Part shown: piece by piece, positions 49,579 through 59,555 of the stretch | How the letters are laid out: the number at the start of each line of letters is the position of its first letter | How positions within the stretch are numbered: position 1 is the stretch's first letter | Source: Candidatus Sumerlaeales bacterium | GTDB taxonomy: Bacteria > Sumerlaeota > Sumerlaeia > Sumerlaeales > Sumerlaeaceae | Assembly (NCBI GenBank): GCA_038243585.1 | Contig: JBBSQY010000004.1 | Span: forward strand, 50,171-114,170 | Direction: 5' to 3' | Length of the DNA stretch: 64,000 bases | Notes under the pieces: model-generated | Told to the model about the DNA's origin: nothing | What the model saw: the letters and a program-made list of their open reading frames with translations, nothing else | The model's database searches: none | Made by a program: the position numbers and the translations under genes

Positions 49579-51876
49579 ATGACAGATCCCATATTGGACA
49601 ACCTTAATCCTCAACAATATGCGGCCGTAACCGCACAAGACGGTCCGCTGCTGATAGTGGCCGGTGCAGGCACGGGTAAAACCCGCGTAATCACCCGGCG
49701 CCTGGCGTTCCTGGTGCGCGAGCGTGGCGTCAGGCCCTGGCAGATATACGCGGCCACATTTACCAACAAAGCTGCCGAAGAGATGCGCCACCGCGTAGCC
49801 GATCTGTCCCTCGGCAGCAACCCGGCCGATTTTCACATCAGCACCTTCCACAGTATGTGCGCGAAGATTCTACGGCGCGACGGCGGGGCTATAGGCCTGG
49901 AGTCAAATTTTACCATCTGCGACGCCAAAGATCAACAATCCGCCGTTCGCCATGTAATGACGCAATTACAGATCTCCGACAAAATTGTGAAGCCGGCAGA
50001 CGCCCAGAATATCATAAACCAAGCCAAGATGCGCATGCTCGGACCCTCAGAGCTGGAGCCGGTGAGCGCCGACAACCACGAGCTTTACGGCGAAATCTAT
50101 GAAAAGTATGAGAACTACTTGAAGGACAGTTGCGCGGTGGATTTTGAAGATCTGCTGCTGAAGTCCGTGCAGCTGTTCGAGCGCAATCCCAACATTCTCG
50201 CCCAGTACCAGGATCGGTTTCGCTACCTCATGGTGGACGAGTACCAGGACACGAACAAGGTGCAGGTAGAGCTGGTAAGCCTTCTGGCGCGGGAGCACCG
50301 CAACATGACAGTAGTGGGCGACGAAGATCAGTCCATCTATAGCTGGCGCGGTGCCGATATCACTAACCTGCTGGATTTCCAAAAGCATTTCCCAGACGCA
50401 GACCTGATCCGGCTTGAGCAGAACTACCGCAGCACTGGCAACATCCTCCGCGCGGCGGACGCCGTGATTACCTTCAACACAGAACGCCTCGGCAAGACGC
50501 TGTTTACAGACGGCGAAGACGGCCCCCCTATATACGTGGCCGTCGGGCGAAGCGAAACAGAAGAGGCCCAGGCTGTCGTCTTTTCCATAGAGGAGCTTCG
50601 CAAGCGAGGCCACCAGCTCTCCGAAATGGCCATTTTTTACCGCGTCTCCTCTCTGAGCCGTGTGTTTGAAGATGCGCTGCGCCGCTATCAGATTCCTTAC
50701 CGCATGATCGGCGGCACCAAGTTTTACGACCGTGCGGAGATTAAAGATTTAATCTCCTATATGCAGGTGGCGGCTAATCCTGGAAACAGCATCGCGCTCC
50801 AGCGAGTAATTAACACCCCCCGGCGCGGCCTGGGGAATAAGAGCATCGAAGCCGCTGCGGAGTATGCCAGTCGCAATCGTATCAGCTTTTATGATTCGAT
50901 CAAGGCGGCATCTAACGGGACCGACATAGGCCTTCCAAAGGCAGGCGTCGCTAAGTTTGCCCGCTTTCTCGAACAGGTTGAGGGCTGGCGGGAATTTGCC
51001 AAAGACCACAAGCCAAGCGATGTTCTTGAAAAAATAATGAAAGATACGGCCTACGTCGAAAGCCTGGGAGACCCCCACAACATCGAGGTCATGGGCCGGA
51101 TCGACAACCTGGAAGAGTTGCGGACATCCATAATTACCATGGAAGGCAACCGTCCGGACATAACGCTGACCGATTACCTGGAAGATGTCAGCCTCGTCAG
51201 CGTAACCGACGATCTTGACCCCAACGAGGCTGCCGTGTCGCTCATGACTCTACACGCGGCCAAGGGCCTGGAGTATAAGATCGTGTTTATGGTTGGCGTG
51301 GAAGAAAGTCTGTTCCCAAACCATCGCGCGGCCATTGAGCGCGGGAACTATGAGGAGGAACGGCGCCTGTTCTACGTCGGCATCACCCGGGCGAAAGAGA
51401 TCCTCGTGTTGAGCCGCGCGACAGAGCGGATGTATTACGGAGAGCGCCGCTATAACGATGAATCTCGCTTTTTTCATGAGCTTCCCCCCGACATAATCCG
51501 TCCGCTACACCCATATAATCCCATGTTTCATGATAACGCCGAAGACGCACCGAAGGATCTGGACCTGGGATATCCGGTCTCGGCCCCTGCCGCCCAGACG
51601 CGCGGCTTCCCGACCCAGCGCTATTCCCAACCCCGCACGCCCTTCGGTCGCGGCCCCGCCCCGGCGGCACCGGCCAGGCCATATATCGAGCCCGCCACCC
51701 GGGGACGCTCGTTCCCGCTGGGTACGCGGGTGAGACATGTGCTTCTGGGCGACGGGGTTATTTCCTCTGTCAGTGGCAGCGGCGGCGATCTGCAATATAT
51801 CATAGAAATGGACGACGGCACTCAGCACCATCTGCTTGCCCGGTATGCGAAACTGGAGCGGCTTCCAGATGAATAG
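49579..51876 (+). CDS. pcrA: ATP-dependent DNA helicase PcrA/UvrD
   Basis: AGAGTGKT, TFTNKAA, VDEYQDTN, GDEDQSIYSWRGA, LEQNYRS, MTLHAAKGLE and EEERRLFYVGITRA, plus a C-terminal Tudor-like GTRVRH...G.G. Confidence 0.95.
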   Translation: MTDPILDNLNPQQYAAVTAQDGPLLIVAGAGTGKTRVITRRLAFLVRERGVRPWQIYAATFTNKAAEEMRHRVADLSLGSNPADFHISTFHSMCAKILRRDGGAIGLESNFTICDAKDQQSAVRHVMTQLQISDKIVKPADAQNIINQAKMRMLGPSELEPVSADNHELYGEIYEKYENYLKDSCAVDFEDLLLKSVQLFERNPNILAQYQDRFRYLMVDEYQDTNKVQVELVSLLAREHRNMTVVGDEDQSIYSWRGADITNLLDFQKHFPDADLIRLEQNYRSTGNILRAADAVITFNTERLGKTLFTDGEDGPPIYVAVGRSETEEAQAVVFSIEELRKRGHQLSEMAIFYRVSSLSRVFEDALRRYQIPYRMIGGTKFYDRAEIKDLISYMQVAANPGNSIALQRVINTPRRGLGNKSIEAAAEYASRNRISFYDSIKAASNGTDIGLPKAGVAKFARFLEQVEGWREFAKDHKPSDVLEKIMKDTAYVESLGDPHNIEVMGRIDNLEELRTSIITMEGNRPDITLTDYLEDVSLVSVTDDLDPNEAAVSLMTLHAAKGLEYKIVFMVGVEESLFPNHRAAIERGNYEEERRLFYVGITRAKEILVLSRATERMYYGERRYNDESRFFHELPPDIIRPLHPYNPMFHDNAEDAPKDLDLGYPVSAPAAQTRGFPTQRYSQPRTPFGRGPAPAAPARPYIEPATRGRSFPLGTRVRHVLLGDGVISSVSGSGGDLQYIIEMDDGTQHHLLARYAKLERLPDE

Positions 51877-52510
51877 GAGCCGGACCCGCCTGGCTGTAAG
51901 GTCGTGCGCTGTCGCGGCGAGCGCCGCTGCGATGCTTGCGCTGGGGGCGTGTGGTACTTACGTGCCTGAAGGCGCCATGGTTGTCAGCGTCAAAAACAGC
52001 CGCCACGAATTCGACCGGGCAGATCTGCGACCCGCCAACAACGAACTGCTCCGCAACCAAGTGATTATTATGAAATGGTATGACACGAACACCTTTCTGA
52101 CCAGTTCCACGGTACAGAGCGGGAGTTATACTTTTCGGGCGAGGAATTATGACGGAACAGCCATCTCACGCCAGATTCAAGTTGTGCCCGACCAGGATCT
52201 TTATGAGATAGACATGAGCGCTGACAACGCCGCAGCAGCCGCAGCCGCTGAAGGTCCGGCGGTAAAAGGGCGACTTCAACTCATCGGCGGGGTTAAAATG
52301 CCTCCGACTGTTACCGTTCTATTTATCGGCAACCAGGTTGCCATGCAGACCGCAGAAGTTAAACGCGACGGCACATTTTCAGCAACCGCACCCGCCAAAG
52401 GCTCATGGAAAATTGAAGTGCATCAGCTGGGAGATAAGCCCCGCAGCTATGTTCACCCGGTGACAAGTGTAAATGGGCCGATAGATCTGGGCGCCATAGC
52501 GTTAAAGTAA
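51869..52510 (+). CDS. Hypothetical lipoprotein
   Basis: Basic N-terminus, hydrophobic stretch and lipobox LGAC; the start overlaps the helicase stop. Confidence 0.7.
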   Translation: MNRSRTRLAVRSCAVAASAAAMLALGACGTYVPEGAMVVSVKNSRHEFDRADLRPANNELLRNQVIIMKWYDTNTFLTSSTVQSGSYTFRARNYDGTAISRQIQVVPDQDLYEIDMSADNAAAAAAAEGPAVKGRLQLIGGVKMPPTVTVLFIGNQVAMQTAEVKRDGTFSATAPAKGSWKIEVHQLGDKPRSYVHPVTSVNGPIDLGAIALK

Positions 52511-52606
52511 AACAAAGCGCTGAGTGACCAAACCGGAAAATGACCCAGGCATAATAGGCTCCCATCAAGCCCTTCGCCGCCGGAGGTTTGCGCTACATCC
52601 TGTTAT

Positions 52607-52646
52607 AAAAAGAGAAAGGCGGATATCCCTTTTGGGGATACCCGCC
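52607..52646 (-). terminator. Rho-independent terminator between convergent genes
   Basis: Stem GGCGGATATCCC / GGGATACCCGCC with an A-rich left flank, a U-tract on the minus strand. Confidence 0.6.
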
Positions 52647-52707
52647 AATCTTAACGTGCCGTTTTCCGGAAAGCGGCGCGTCGCTTTTCAGCTCCGCGAG
52701 ATACCGC

Positions 52708-53292
52708 TTAGTCCCAAGGGTTAGGGCCTAGATCGTCACCCTGAAGGTCGATCAAGGCAAAACCAGCTACGAAATCCACAGCCTCAACCAGTGAGACAGC
52801 AGCCTGGACGCCAATTACGCCCAAGTGCAGATCAGCACCGACTTCGGATGGGTCACGCTGCAGGCAACCGTTGACGTAACCAAGGAAACCGAAACCGGCT
52901 TCGTCGATTTTTTCGTCATAGACGGGCATAACACGGCCCTTCATACCAAAACGGGTCGTGGAATACTGACCATAACCGATTTCAGCTAGCTCTGTGGCAC
53001 GGACGTTAAATCCGAATCCACAGCCGATACCAATGCTGGCGCGGCCGATGTCTACGAAATCCAGAACGCGGTTCGGGACGTAGTACAGGACGATGTCCAG
53101 CAGAGAATTGCCAACAGACTGTCCGTTATACGGAGCAGCAGCCTGCTGCATTGGTGGTGGAGCTGGATTGTACATTGGCGCCTGGGGGGGCATCATTGGT
53201 GGTCCAGCGATTTCGCCGCCAGCCATGGCCGGTACAGCGGAAATTGCTACAGCAGCAGCAGCAAGAGTTACTTTTAACGAAAAAGTTGCCAT
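52708..53292 (-). CDS. Hypothetical secreted protein
   Basis: ATG 53292 after GAAGGGAG; signal peptide ending AMA, a Pro-rich linker and a Gly/aromatic beta-strand domain (YVPNRVLDFVD...). Confidence 0.7.
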   Translation of the reverse strand: MATFSLKVTLAAAAVAISAVPAMAGGEIAGPPMMPPQAPMYNPAPPPMQQAAAPYNGQSVGNSLLDIVLYYVPNRVLDFVDIGRASIGIGCGFGFNVRATELAEIGYGQYSTTRFGMKGRVMPVYDEKIDEAGFGFLGYVNGCLQRDPSEVGADLHLGVIGVQAAVSLVEAVDFVAGFALIDLQGDDLGPNPWD

Positions 53293-53508
53293 TACAACTT
53301 CTCCCTTCCTCATGTTAGATTCTTTGCTTCGAATCTGCCGCGATATCAACTTTGAGGTTTGCTCAACGCAAGAGGAAAAAACATCAAACTAACAAAAAAA
53401 GCACACTGACCCCACAAATGGTAGGGGGCGCAGGGTGCGTTAGTTGACAAATGTGCCATTTTAACTGTTGGACAACCACTTTTTCAGAAGGTTGCAATAA
53501 AAGTTACT

Positions 53509-54954
53509 ATGACTAAAGATTTTACAGAAGCTATTCTGAGCATTTCCAGACTCCGCATTCTCGTGGCAGGGGATATGATGCTGGATCACTATATTAGTGG
53601 CACCACCGACCGCACCAGCCCCGAGGCCCCCGTGCCCGTGGTACTGGTCAACAGCGAACACTCCATACCGGGCGGCGCAGCCAATGTCGCCCGTAACGTG
53701 GCCGCCGCCGGCGCGTGGGTTCAGGCCTGCGGCGTTACAGGCGACGATGCTCCCGGCCATAAGTTGCGCCACGGCCTGACAGGCGCCGGCGTCGATACCT
53801 CTGCGCTGCTAATGTCCCCCCAATGCGAAACCGTCGTCAAGACCCGGATCGTATCCCAGGGTCAGCAGATTGTCCGTCTGGACTATGAAAAATCCGGCTG
53901 CATGGAAAACGCTACTATAGAGGCAGTGGCCGACATCCTCAAAACCAGCCTCGAAAGTATAAACGCGGTCATCATCAGCGATTACGCGAAAGGGTTCGTC
54001 GTTACGCCCGTCCTTGAAAACATCATCACCATCTGCGCTACCCGCAACATCCCCGTCTTCGTAGATCCAAAAGGCCGCGATTACGCACGCTATCGCGGAG
54101 TCTTCGCCATCACACCTAACAGCCGCGAGGCGCAGGAGGCCACCGGGATTTCCACCGCCACTGATGCCGGACTCAGGCAGGCCGCCGAGCGGATAAAATC
54201 CATCACCGAGTCACAACTCGTCATCATCACGCGCGGTGCCGATGGCCTCGCGCTGCTTGATCAGGCGAACAATTGGATTCTGCTTCCGACATCGGCCCGC
54301 GAAACCTTCGACGTGACCGGCGCCGGCGATACTTTCGTCGCATGGCTTACCATGGGCATCGCCGCCGGGCTGACGGCAGACGAGGCGGCAAAGCTCGGCA
54401 ACCTCGCAGCCGGAGTCGCCGTCGGCCGACGCGGCCCCGCGGTCGTTTCTCCCCTGGATGTCCGCCGCGCGCTGGCACCCGGCCGGCTGGGCCAGAAGCT
54501 AATAAGCGAAGACGACCTCGAAGAACTTGGCGATGAACTGCGCCGTCGCGGAAAAAAAATCGTGCTGACCAACGGCTGCTTCGACTTCCTTCATGCCGGC
54601 CACGTCGCTTTTCTTCAACAGGCGAAGGCCCTTGGCGACATTCTGGTTCTCGCTACAAATACCGACGTATCCATTCAAAGACTAAAGGGAACAGGTCGCC
54701 CCATAATTCGGCAAAAACAGCGTGAGGAACTTTTGGCCTCTATAGAAGCGGTCGACTACGTAACCGCATTTCGCGCCGACACTCCCCACGAAACCATCGC
54801 GCGGCTCAAACCCGACATATTGGTCAAAGGCGGCAATTACCTGCTCGACGAAGTGGAAGGCGCAGACCTCCAAAGGGAGCAGGGAGGCGAAGTCATCACC
54901 CTCCCCATCGTCCACGACATCTCTACCAGCAAGCTGGTAAGGGGACTCGAGTAA
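53509..54954 (+). CDS. hldE: Bifunctional ADP-heptose synthase (kinase plus adenylyltransferase)
   Basis: GD.MLD.Y, SPEAPVPV, GGAANVA, SDYAKG, VDPK, DVTGAGDT and TNGCFDFLHAGH. Confidence 0.95.
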   Translation: MTKDFTEAILSISRLRILVAGDMMLDHYISGTTDRTSPEAPVPVVLVNSEHSIPGGAANVARNVAAAGAWVQACGVTGDDAPGHKLRHGLTGAGVDTSALLMSPQCETVVKTRIVSQGQQIVRLDYEKSGCMENATIEAVADILKTSLESINAVIISDYAKGFVVTPVLENIITICATRNIPVFVDPKGRDYARYRGVFAITPNSREAQEATGISTATDAGLRQAAERIKSITESQLVIITRGADGLALLDQANNWILLPTSARETFDVTGAGDTFVAWLTMGIAAGLTADEAAKLGNLAAGVAVGRRGPAVVSPLDVRRALAPGRLGQKLISEDDLEELGDELRRRGKKIVLTNGCFDFLHAGHVAFLQQAKALGDILVLATNTDVSIQRLKGTGRPIIRQKQREELLASIEAVDYVTAFRADTPHETIARLKPDILVKGGNYLLDEVEGADLQREQGGEVITLPIVHDISTSKLVRGLE

Positions 54955-55043
54955 AAGAAATAAGTAGAAAAACCGCAACTCGATTTGGGCGAAAGCTAAC
55001 ATAATAGCAGCCGGCGTGTCTAACACCCTAAGGATAAACTTTG

Positions 55044-55634
55044 ATGAAGAACTCAGTGACCGCGCAACACGATTCAAAAGCCGGAAAGTCGATTCGCGAC
55101 GGCGGAGCGATCAGCTACTCCATAAGCGAATCAACTCTAGGGTTGGTACTCGCGGCACAAAGCGAGCGAGGATTGTGCTGCGTGATGATGGGGGAGGAGC
55201 GGGACGTGTTACGCGCTGAGTTGCAAAAACGGTTCCCCCGCGCCGTCCTGTCCGAAAAGGACTCCGGAGCGGAAGCAGGTGCTGCCGGTGTTGTCGACAT
55301 GATAGAATCCCCCGGCGGCGATCCGAAAGTGACCATCGACATGGGCGGCACAGAATTTCAACAAAAGGTCTGGCGGGCCCTGCTGGAAATACCACCGGGA
55401 ACGACATCGACTTACGCAGAGATCGCCACGCGAATTGGAACTCCAAACGCAGTCAGGGCAGTCGGCACAGCATGCGGAGCGAATCTTATCGCGGTAGTCA
55501 TACCATGCCACAGAGTCGTTTCAAGCAGCGGCCGCCTGTCCGGCTATAGGTGGGGCATAGAACGAAAACAGACGCTGCTGGAACGAGAGGCAAGCAAAAG
55601 TTCGACGGACGGCCAGGAAGTAATTAATGACTAA
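55044..55634 (+). CDS. ogt: Methylated-DNA--protein-cysteine methyltransferase (Ada C-terminal type)
   Basis: GTEFQQKVW, IPPG...TY, RAVGTACGAN, IPCHRVV and GYRWG. Confidence 0.92.
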   Translation: MKNSVTAQHDSKAGKSIRDGGAISYSISESTLGLVLAAQSERGLCCVMMGEERDVLRAELQKRFPRAVLSEKDSGAEAGAAGVVDMIESPGGDPKVTIDMGGTEFQQKVWRALLEIPPGTTSTYAEIATRIGTPNAVRAVGTACGANLIAVVIPCHRVVSSSGRLSGYRWGIERKQTLLEREASKSSTDGQEVIND

Positions 55635-55858
55635 CAGCGACCTACATGCGCCGCAGGTGCGATCTATTCCAGCCCAGGGCATTTAGAGGGCTTCGTAGTG
55701 AGCCGCACGGAGACGCGCACCGTGAACCCAATAAAAACGCGCTTTTCTTGCTTCTGCTATTCCTTTGTGCCTTACTGTCTTTGTGTCAAAATCCATGCCC
55801 CGCCAGCGCCCTCTCCGGCGAGTGCATAAGGGGGTTGTACCAGGATGAGTGAATCAAA

Positions 55859-56929
55859 TTACTGCGTCGCAAAAGCAACAAGCTTTTGCCTGCTCATTCC
55901 GCCCACTTTCGTCGCCACTGCTGTGCCGTTCTTAATAAGTACAAAAGTCGGAAACGCCTTTATATTATAACGGCGCAGATAGGCCGGATTTTTATCGGCA
56001 TCCAAAACGCCGAACTTGACCCTGCCACCCAGTTCAGAGGAGACGCTATCCAGGACTGGCTTCATGGCCTTGCATGGGCCGCACCAGGTGGCCCCAAATT
56101 CCACCACCCAGGTTCCGTCAAGAATGGTTTTGGAGAAACCCGCGTCAGATAGGACAACTACCTTTGCCAGAGACAGGGGAGTAGCACTTGCAGGGGTTGA
56201 CATTGGGGCCGGCGGTGCTGCCATTGTTCCGGCTGTTGCAATCTGCTGTCGGAGAGGTACAGAGGGAAAAGGGGGCAGCCCCGGCACCGGTGTTATTTCT
56301 ATTATTGAACCAGCGGTGCGGGCCCGTGTCTCTGCGTTTTTGACGGACAGATATGCAGCTTCAAACGCCTGTGCGTTCGTCAGGGCTATTTGCAGTTCGG
56401 CAGCGTTATTAGCCGACTTTGCAGCAGTGGCCCGATCATACCAGATCCTCATGCCGGCTATATAATGCTGGTAGAGGCGAACGTGTGCAGGATTATCCTG
56501 ATTCTGAAGGTTCGCCACAGAATCAGGTTCTCCTACAACTTTGAGCCAGCTCACGTCAGGTTGTGAATAATCCGGATTAATAGTCCCGGGAGTAGGAAGC
56601 ATTTTCACTTCCCCTCCCACTAAACTGGATTTAGCCTCTGCAAGTTCCGCAATCAGCTTCGCCCCGTTCCAGGCCATTGCTTTGCGTTTAGCTGCGTCAG
56701 CTGCGGCGGTATCTCCGGCCGCATTTGCTTCTTTCATTTCATCGATCCACTGCAAAAATCCGTACTTGTAATACTCTGACTGCTTAGCAAAGGCAGGAGG
56801 ATTTGTGGTGTGTAAAGTTACGGTAGACACTACTTGAGACCAGCCTTCATGAGGACAAATTAGTAGGAGCGCAAGCGCGAGCAGGGATAAGTGAGCCCGT
56901 GCGCTATCGGAAAAATTAACTTCGATCAT
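55859..56929 (-). CDS. Secreted protein: two unknown ~62-70 aa repeats, Pro/Ala linker and C-terminal thioredoxin domain
   Basis: Signal peptide; EF.ATWCGPCK and cis-Pro motif AFPT in the last ~100 aa; internal repeat seen by eye. Confidence 0.8.
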   Translation of the reverse strand: MIEVNFSDSARAHLSLLALALLLICPHEGWSQVVSTVTLHTTNPPAFAKQSEYYKYGFLQWIDEMKEANAAGDTAAADAAKRKAMAWNGAKLIAELAEAKSSLVGGEVKMLPTPGTINPDYSQPDVSWLKVVGEPDSVANLQNQDNPAHVRLYQHYIAGMRIWYDRATAAKSANNAAELQIALTNAQAFEAAYLSVKNAETRARTAGSIIEITPVPGLPPFPSVPLRQQIATAGTMAAPPAPMSTPASATPLSLAKVVVLSDAGFSKTILDGTWVVEFGATWCGPCKAMKPVLDSVSSELGGRVKFGVLDADKNPAYLRRYNIKAFPTFVLIKNGTAVATKVGGMSRQKLVAFATQ

Positions 56930-57239
56930 GAGACGACTCGCTTATAGGGAGGGATGGGCTATAAAGCTATAATTATTAAACCCTTCATAAATGTTATCAG
57001 ACAAAAAGAGCAAGGATTTTAAATAAACGATAACTTCTGAGCCAGTGACTGACGTGATGCCTGGTCCGTTCTACCGCCGTAGAGCGCGGCTTAGACCCTG
57101 TGTGAGAATGTCGGCTGTAATTCATATCCCAAAGACTCGGCGTACGATATCCCGGGGATAAAATCCTAATCATAGGTCAAACCTTATCGGCAGGCCATTC
57201 GAGCTTGACCCCATGTTTTTGCGGGGGTGATTGCGACGA

Positions 57240-59009
57240 ATGAAAAATAGAAACCTTTCTCGCTTTCTTTCGTCCCCCGCAATGTGGATCTTTTTCGCAG
57301 CTCTCATTCTTGCATACTGGGTGGGAGCGTACGTGGCACCCACCTGGGTCGTGGAGCGCCACACACTGGACGTGCAGCGCGACGAGGCGGGAAAACTCTT
57401 TTATGTCTTTCGCGATGCGCCCAAGTACATAGTCGATCCCGTTGCGCTGGCCAAATCGGAACTCAATCCCGCGAATCTCCCGGCATTAAATAAATCCGGT
57501 GTGGCCCCAGTCAAAACCGAGCAGGTAGCCTATGAAACAATTCAGTCAGACAACGGTTCAATTACAGCCTATTATCAACTGACAGCAAAGAGACATTGGA
57601 GATTCTGGTCGCTCCTGCCGGCCATTATAGCAGTGGCGCTGTGCTGGATTACCCGTGAACCCCTCACGGCCCTCTTTAGTGGCGTGGTCGTGGGCGCATT
57701 TATCCTGGGGCAATATGACATCACCGATGACGTACTCGTCACCACTCTGATGACGCGCGACGCCGCCGGGGTTCTCCTGCTTTACCTCTGGCTGTTAGGC
57801 GGCCTTATGGGCATCTGGTCTCGCACCGGTGCCGCGCAGGCCTTTGCCCGCACCATGTCCACCCACGTGGTACGCGGCCCGCGCAGTGCCAAGCTGGTGG
57901 CCTGGATGCTGGGGATTATATTCTTCCAGGGTGGCACAGTCAGTTCCGTCCTCGTAGGCACTACCGTTAAACCGCTCGCTGACGATCAGAATGTCAGCCA
58001 CGAAGAGCTCTCCTACATAGTCGACTCCACGTCGTCGCCCGTGGCCGGTTTTCTTGCCTTCAATGCTTGGCCCGGATACGTACAGGCATTTCTGTTCGTG
58101 CCCGGCGTCACCTTCCTTGCCACCGAGGCCGACCGGGTCTCCTTTTTCTTCCGCAGCCTTCCCTTCAGCTTCTACTGCATTTTCGCTGTTTTGGGAACCC
58201 TTCTGCTATGCGTGGATAAGGCACCTGTATTGGGAACGACATTTCGCCGTGCCATCGAGCGCGCCAGGACCACCGGCGAACTTGATGCGCCAGACTCAAA
58301 CCCGTTAAGCGCAAAAGAGTTGCAGGTCGCATCTGTTCCCCCAGGTTACACTCCGCACATAATCGACTTCTTCCTTCCACTTTTCACTATCATCAGCATC
58401 GCCGTCGGCACGTTCATCGTAATGGGTTCGCCCCAGGTGCGCTGGGCATTCGCCGCGGCAGTGCTGGTAGCTTTCGGCCTGGCGCTGCTACGCGGCATGA
58501 GCCTGCTGAACGTGATGGAAGGTTATGTGCAGGGGCTGAAAGGCGTGGTTTTCGGTGCCGTTATTCTTTTGCTGGCGATTGCCGTTGGCACCATAAGCCG
58601 GGAGACCGGCGCCGGCATTTATCTGGTAGATCTATTAGGCGACAAGCTTCCATACTGGTCGCTTCCGGTGCTACTTCAGTTGCTCACTATTGTTATCGCA
58701 TTCTCCACCGGAACAAGCTGGGGCACTTATGCAGTTACCTTTCCGCTGGCGATGCCACTGGCCCTGGCAGTTGCCCAATCCCAGGGAGTTGAGAACATTG
58801 AAGTCTATATGATGATCTGTTTTGCTGCGGTTTTAAATGGCAGTATTTTCGGGGATCAATGTTCCCCCATTTCCGATACAACCGTCCTGAGTTCGATGTG
58901 TACTGGATGCGATCTCATGGACCACGTAAAAACACAGATAGTGCCCGCATCAGCCGCAGCCCTGCTTGCCGCCGCTTCATGGACGGCATGTGCAGTGTAC
59001 TTCGCATGA
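57240..59009 (+). CDS. Na+/H+ antiporter NhaC family transporter
   Basis: SHEELSYIVDST, FSTGTSWGT and GDQCSPISDTTVLSS....CD.MDHV.TQ. Confidence 0.9.
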   Translation: MKNRNLSRFLSSPAMWIFFAALILAYWVGAYVAPTWVVERHTLDVQRDEAGKLFYVFRDAPKYIVDPVALAKSELNPANLPALNKSGVAPVKTEQVAYETIQSDNGSITAYYQLTAKRHWRFWSLLPAIIAVALCWITREPLTALFSGVVVGAFILGQYDITDDVLVTTLMTRDAAGVLLLYLWLLGGLMGIWSRTGAAQAFARTMSTHVVRGPRSAKLVAWMLGIIFFQGGTVSSVLVGTTVKPLADDQNVSHEELSYIVDSTSSPVAGFLAFNAWPGYVQAFLFVPGVTFLATEADRVSFFFRSLPFSFYCIFAVLGTLLLCVDKAPVLGTTFRRAIERARTTGELDAPDSNPLSAKELQVASVPPGYTPHIIDFFLPLFTIISIAVGTFIVMGSPQVRWAFAAAVLVAFGLALLRGMSLLNVMEGYVQGLKGVVFGAVILLLAIAVGTISRETGAGIYLVDLLGDKLPYWSLPVLLQLLTIVIAFSTGTSWGTYAVTFPLAMPLALAVAQSQGVENIEVYMMICFAAVLNGSIFGDQCSPISDTTVLSSMCTGCDLMDHVKTQIVPASAAALLAAASWTACAVYFA

Positions 59010-59206
59010 CCACTGGAACCATTGTTAAACAGCATACCCTAATCAGCAGGTGGACGTGGAGGCTATGGCCGCCGTGCGGGAAACGCTTGAAATCGACCCG
59101 ACTCGCATGGACATGAGTCCAGCTTTCACTTTCATAAACTTCGGCCGTAGGATAGACATTCGAGTCCGTCCAACCCTCGATCCCTTCCGCTCAATCTGAT
59201 TAACAA

Positions 59207-59457
59207 ATCCCCGATGATGCTGCAGGTTACAAAACGTGAGAATCTGCGCGCTCAAACCTTCTGCAGGCTCTAATGGATGCCCTGATTTAATGAAAAGCAC
59301 ACGCCTCATCAGCGAACGCGCCAGAATCAATAGGGCCAGAGGTGCGCGTTATCGAAACTCTGGCCGATTGCAGCTGACTTTTTGAGCTTCAGATATGGCC
59401 AAACCTTATACGAGCGGAAATCACGGGGACAACGAAGTTACTTAACACGGCTCCCTA
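59207..59457 (+). mobile_element. Eroded RAYT-derived element, copy A
   Basis: Residual ..IPDD/LQVTKRENLR (RAYT-like HVTQRGN.R); ~135-bp similarity to 60737-60868; terminal GGGCCAGAGGTGCGCG motif; GGGGAC...TTACTTAACACGGCTCCCTA at 59425-59457. Confidence 0.55.
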
Positions 59458-59555
59458 TAAATTTTGATTGATCTGACGGTCGTACAGGTTCTGATGAACG
59501 AAGACGCTAACTCTCCTGCAATAAGCAAAGTGATTTTATTAGGATTCAGCTACGT

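Noticed and set aside
54960..54985. Possible Ada box upstream of ogt (AAAAACCGCAA)
   Set aside because: It does not fit AAT-N6-GCAA well, and no Ada regulator domain is present in the window.
56930..57239. Possible lysine or other riboswitch upstream of the NhaC gene (GTAGAGCGC)
   Set aside because: The remaining conserved lysine-riboswitch elements and an expression platform are not recognisable.
59300..59315. CTGATGAG on the minus strand of repeat copy A (hammerhead ribozyme core)
   Set aside because: No stem II followed by GAAA, and copy B has CTGATGGG.
59043..59330. 93-95 aa minus-strand ORF, and ORF 60519..60785
   Set aside because: They overlap the RAYT-derived repeats and the frames are not preserved between the two copies.
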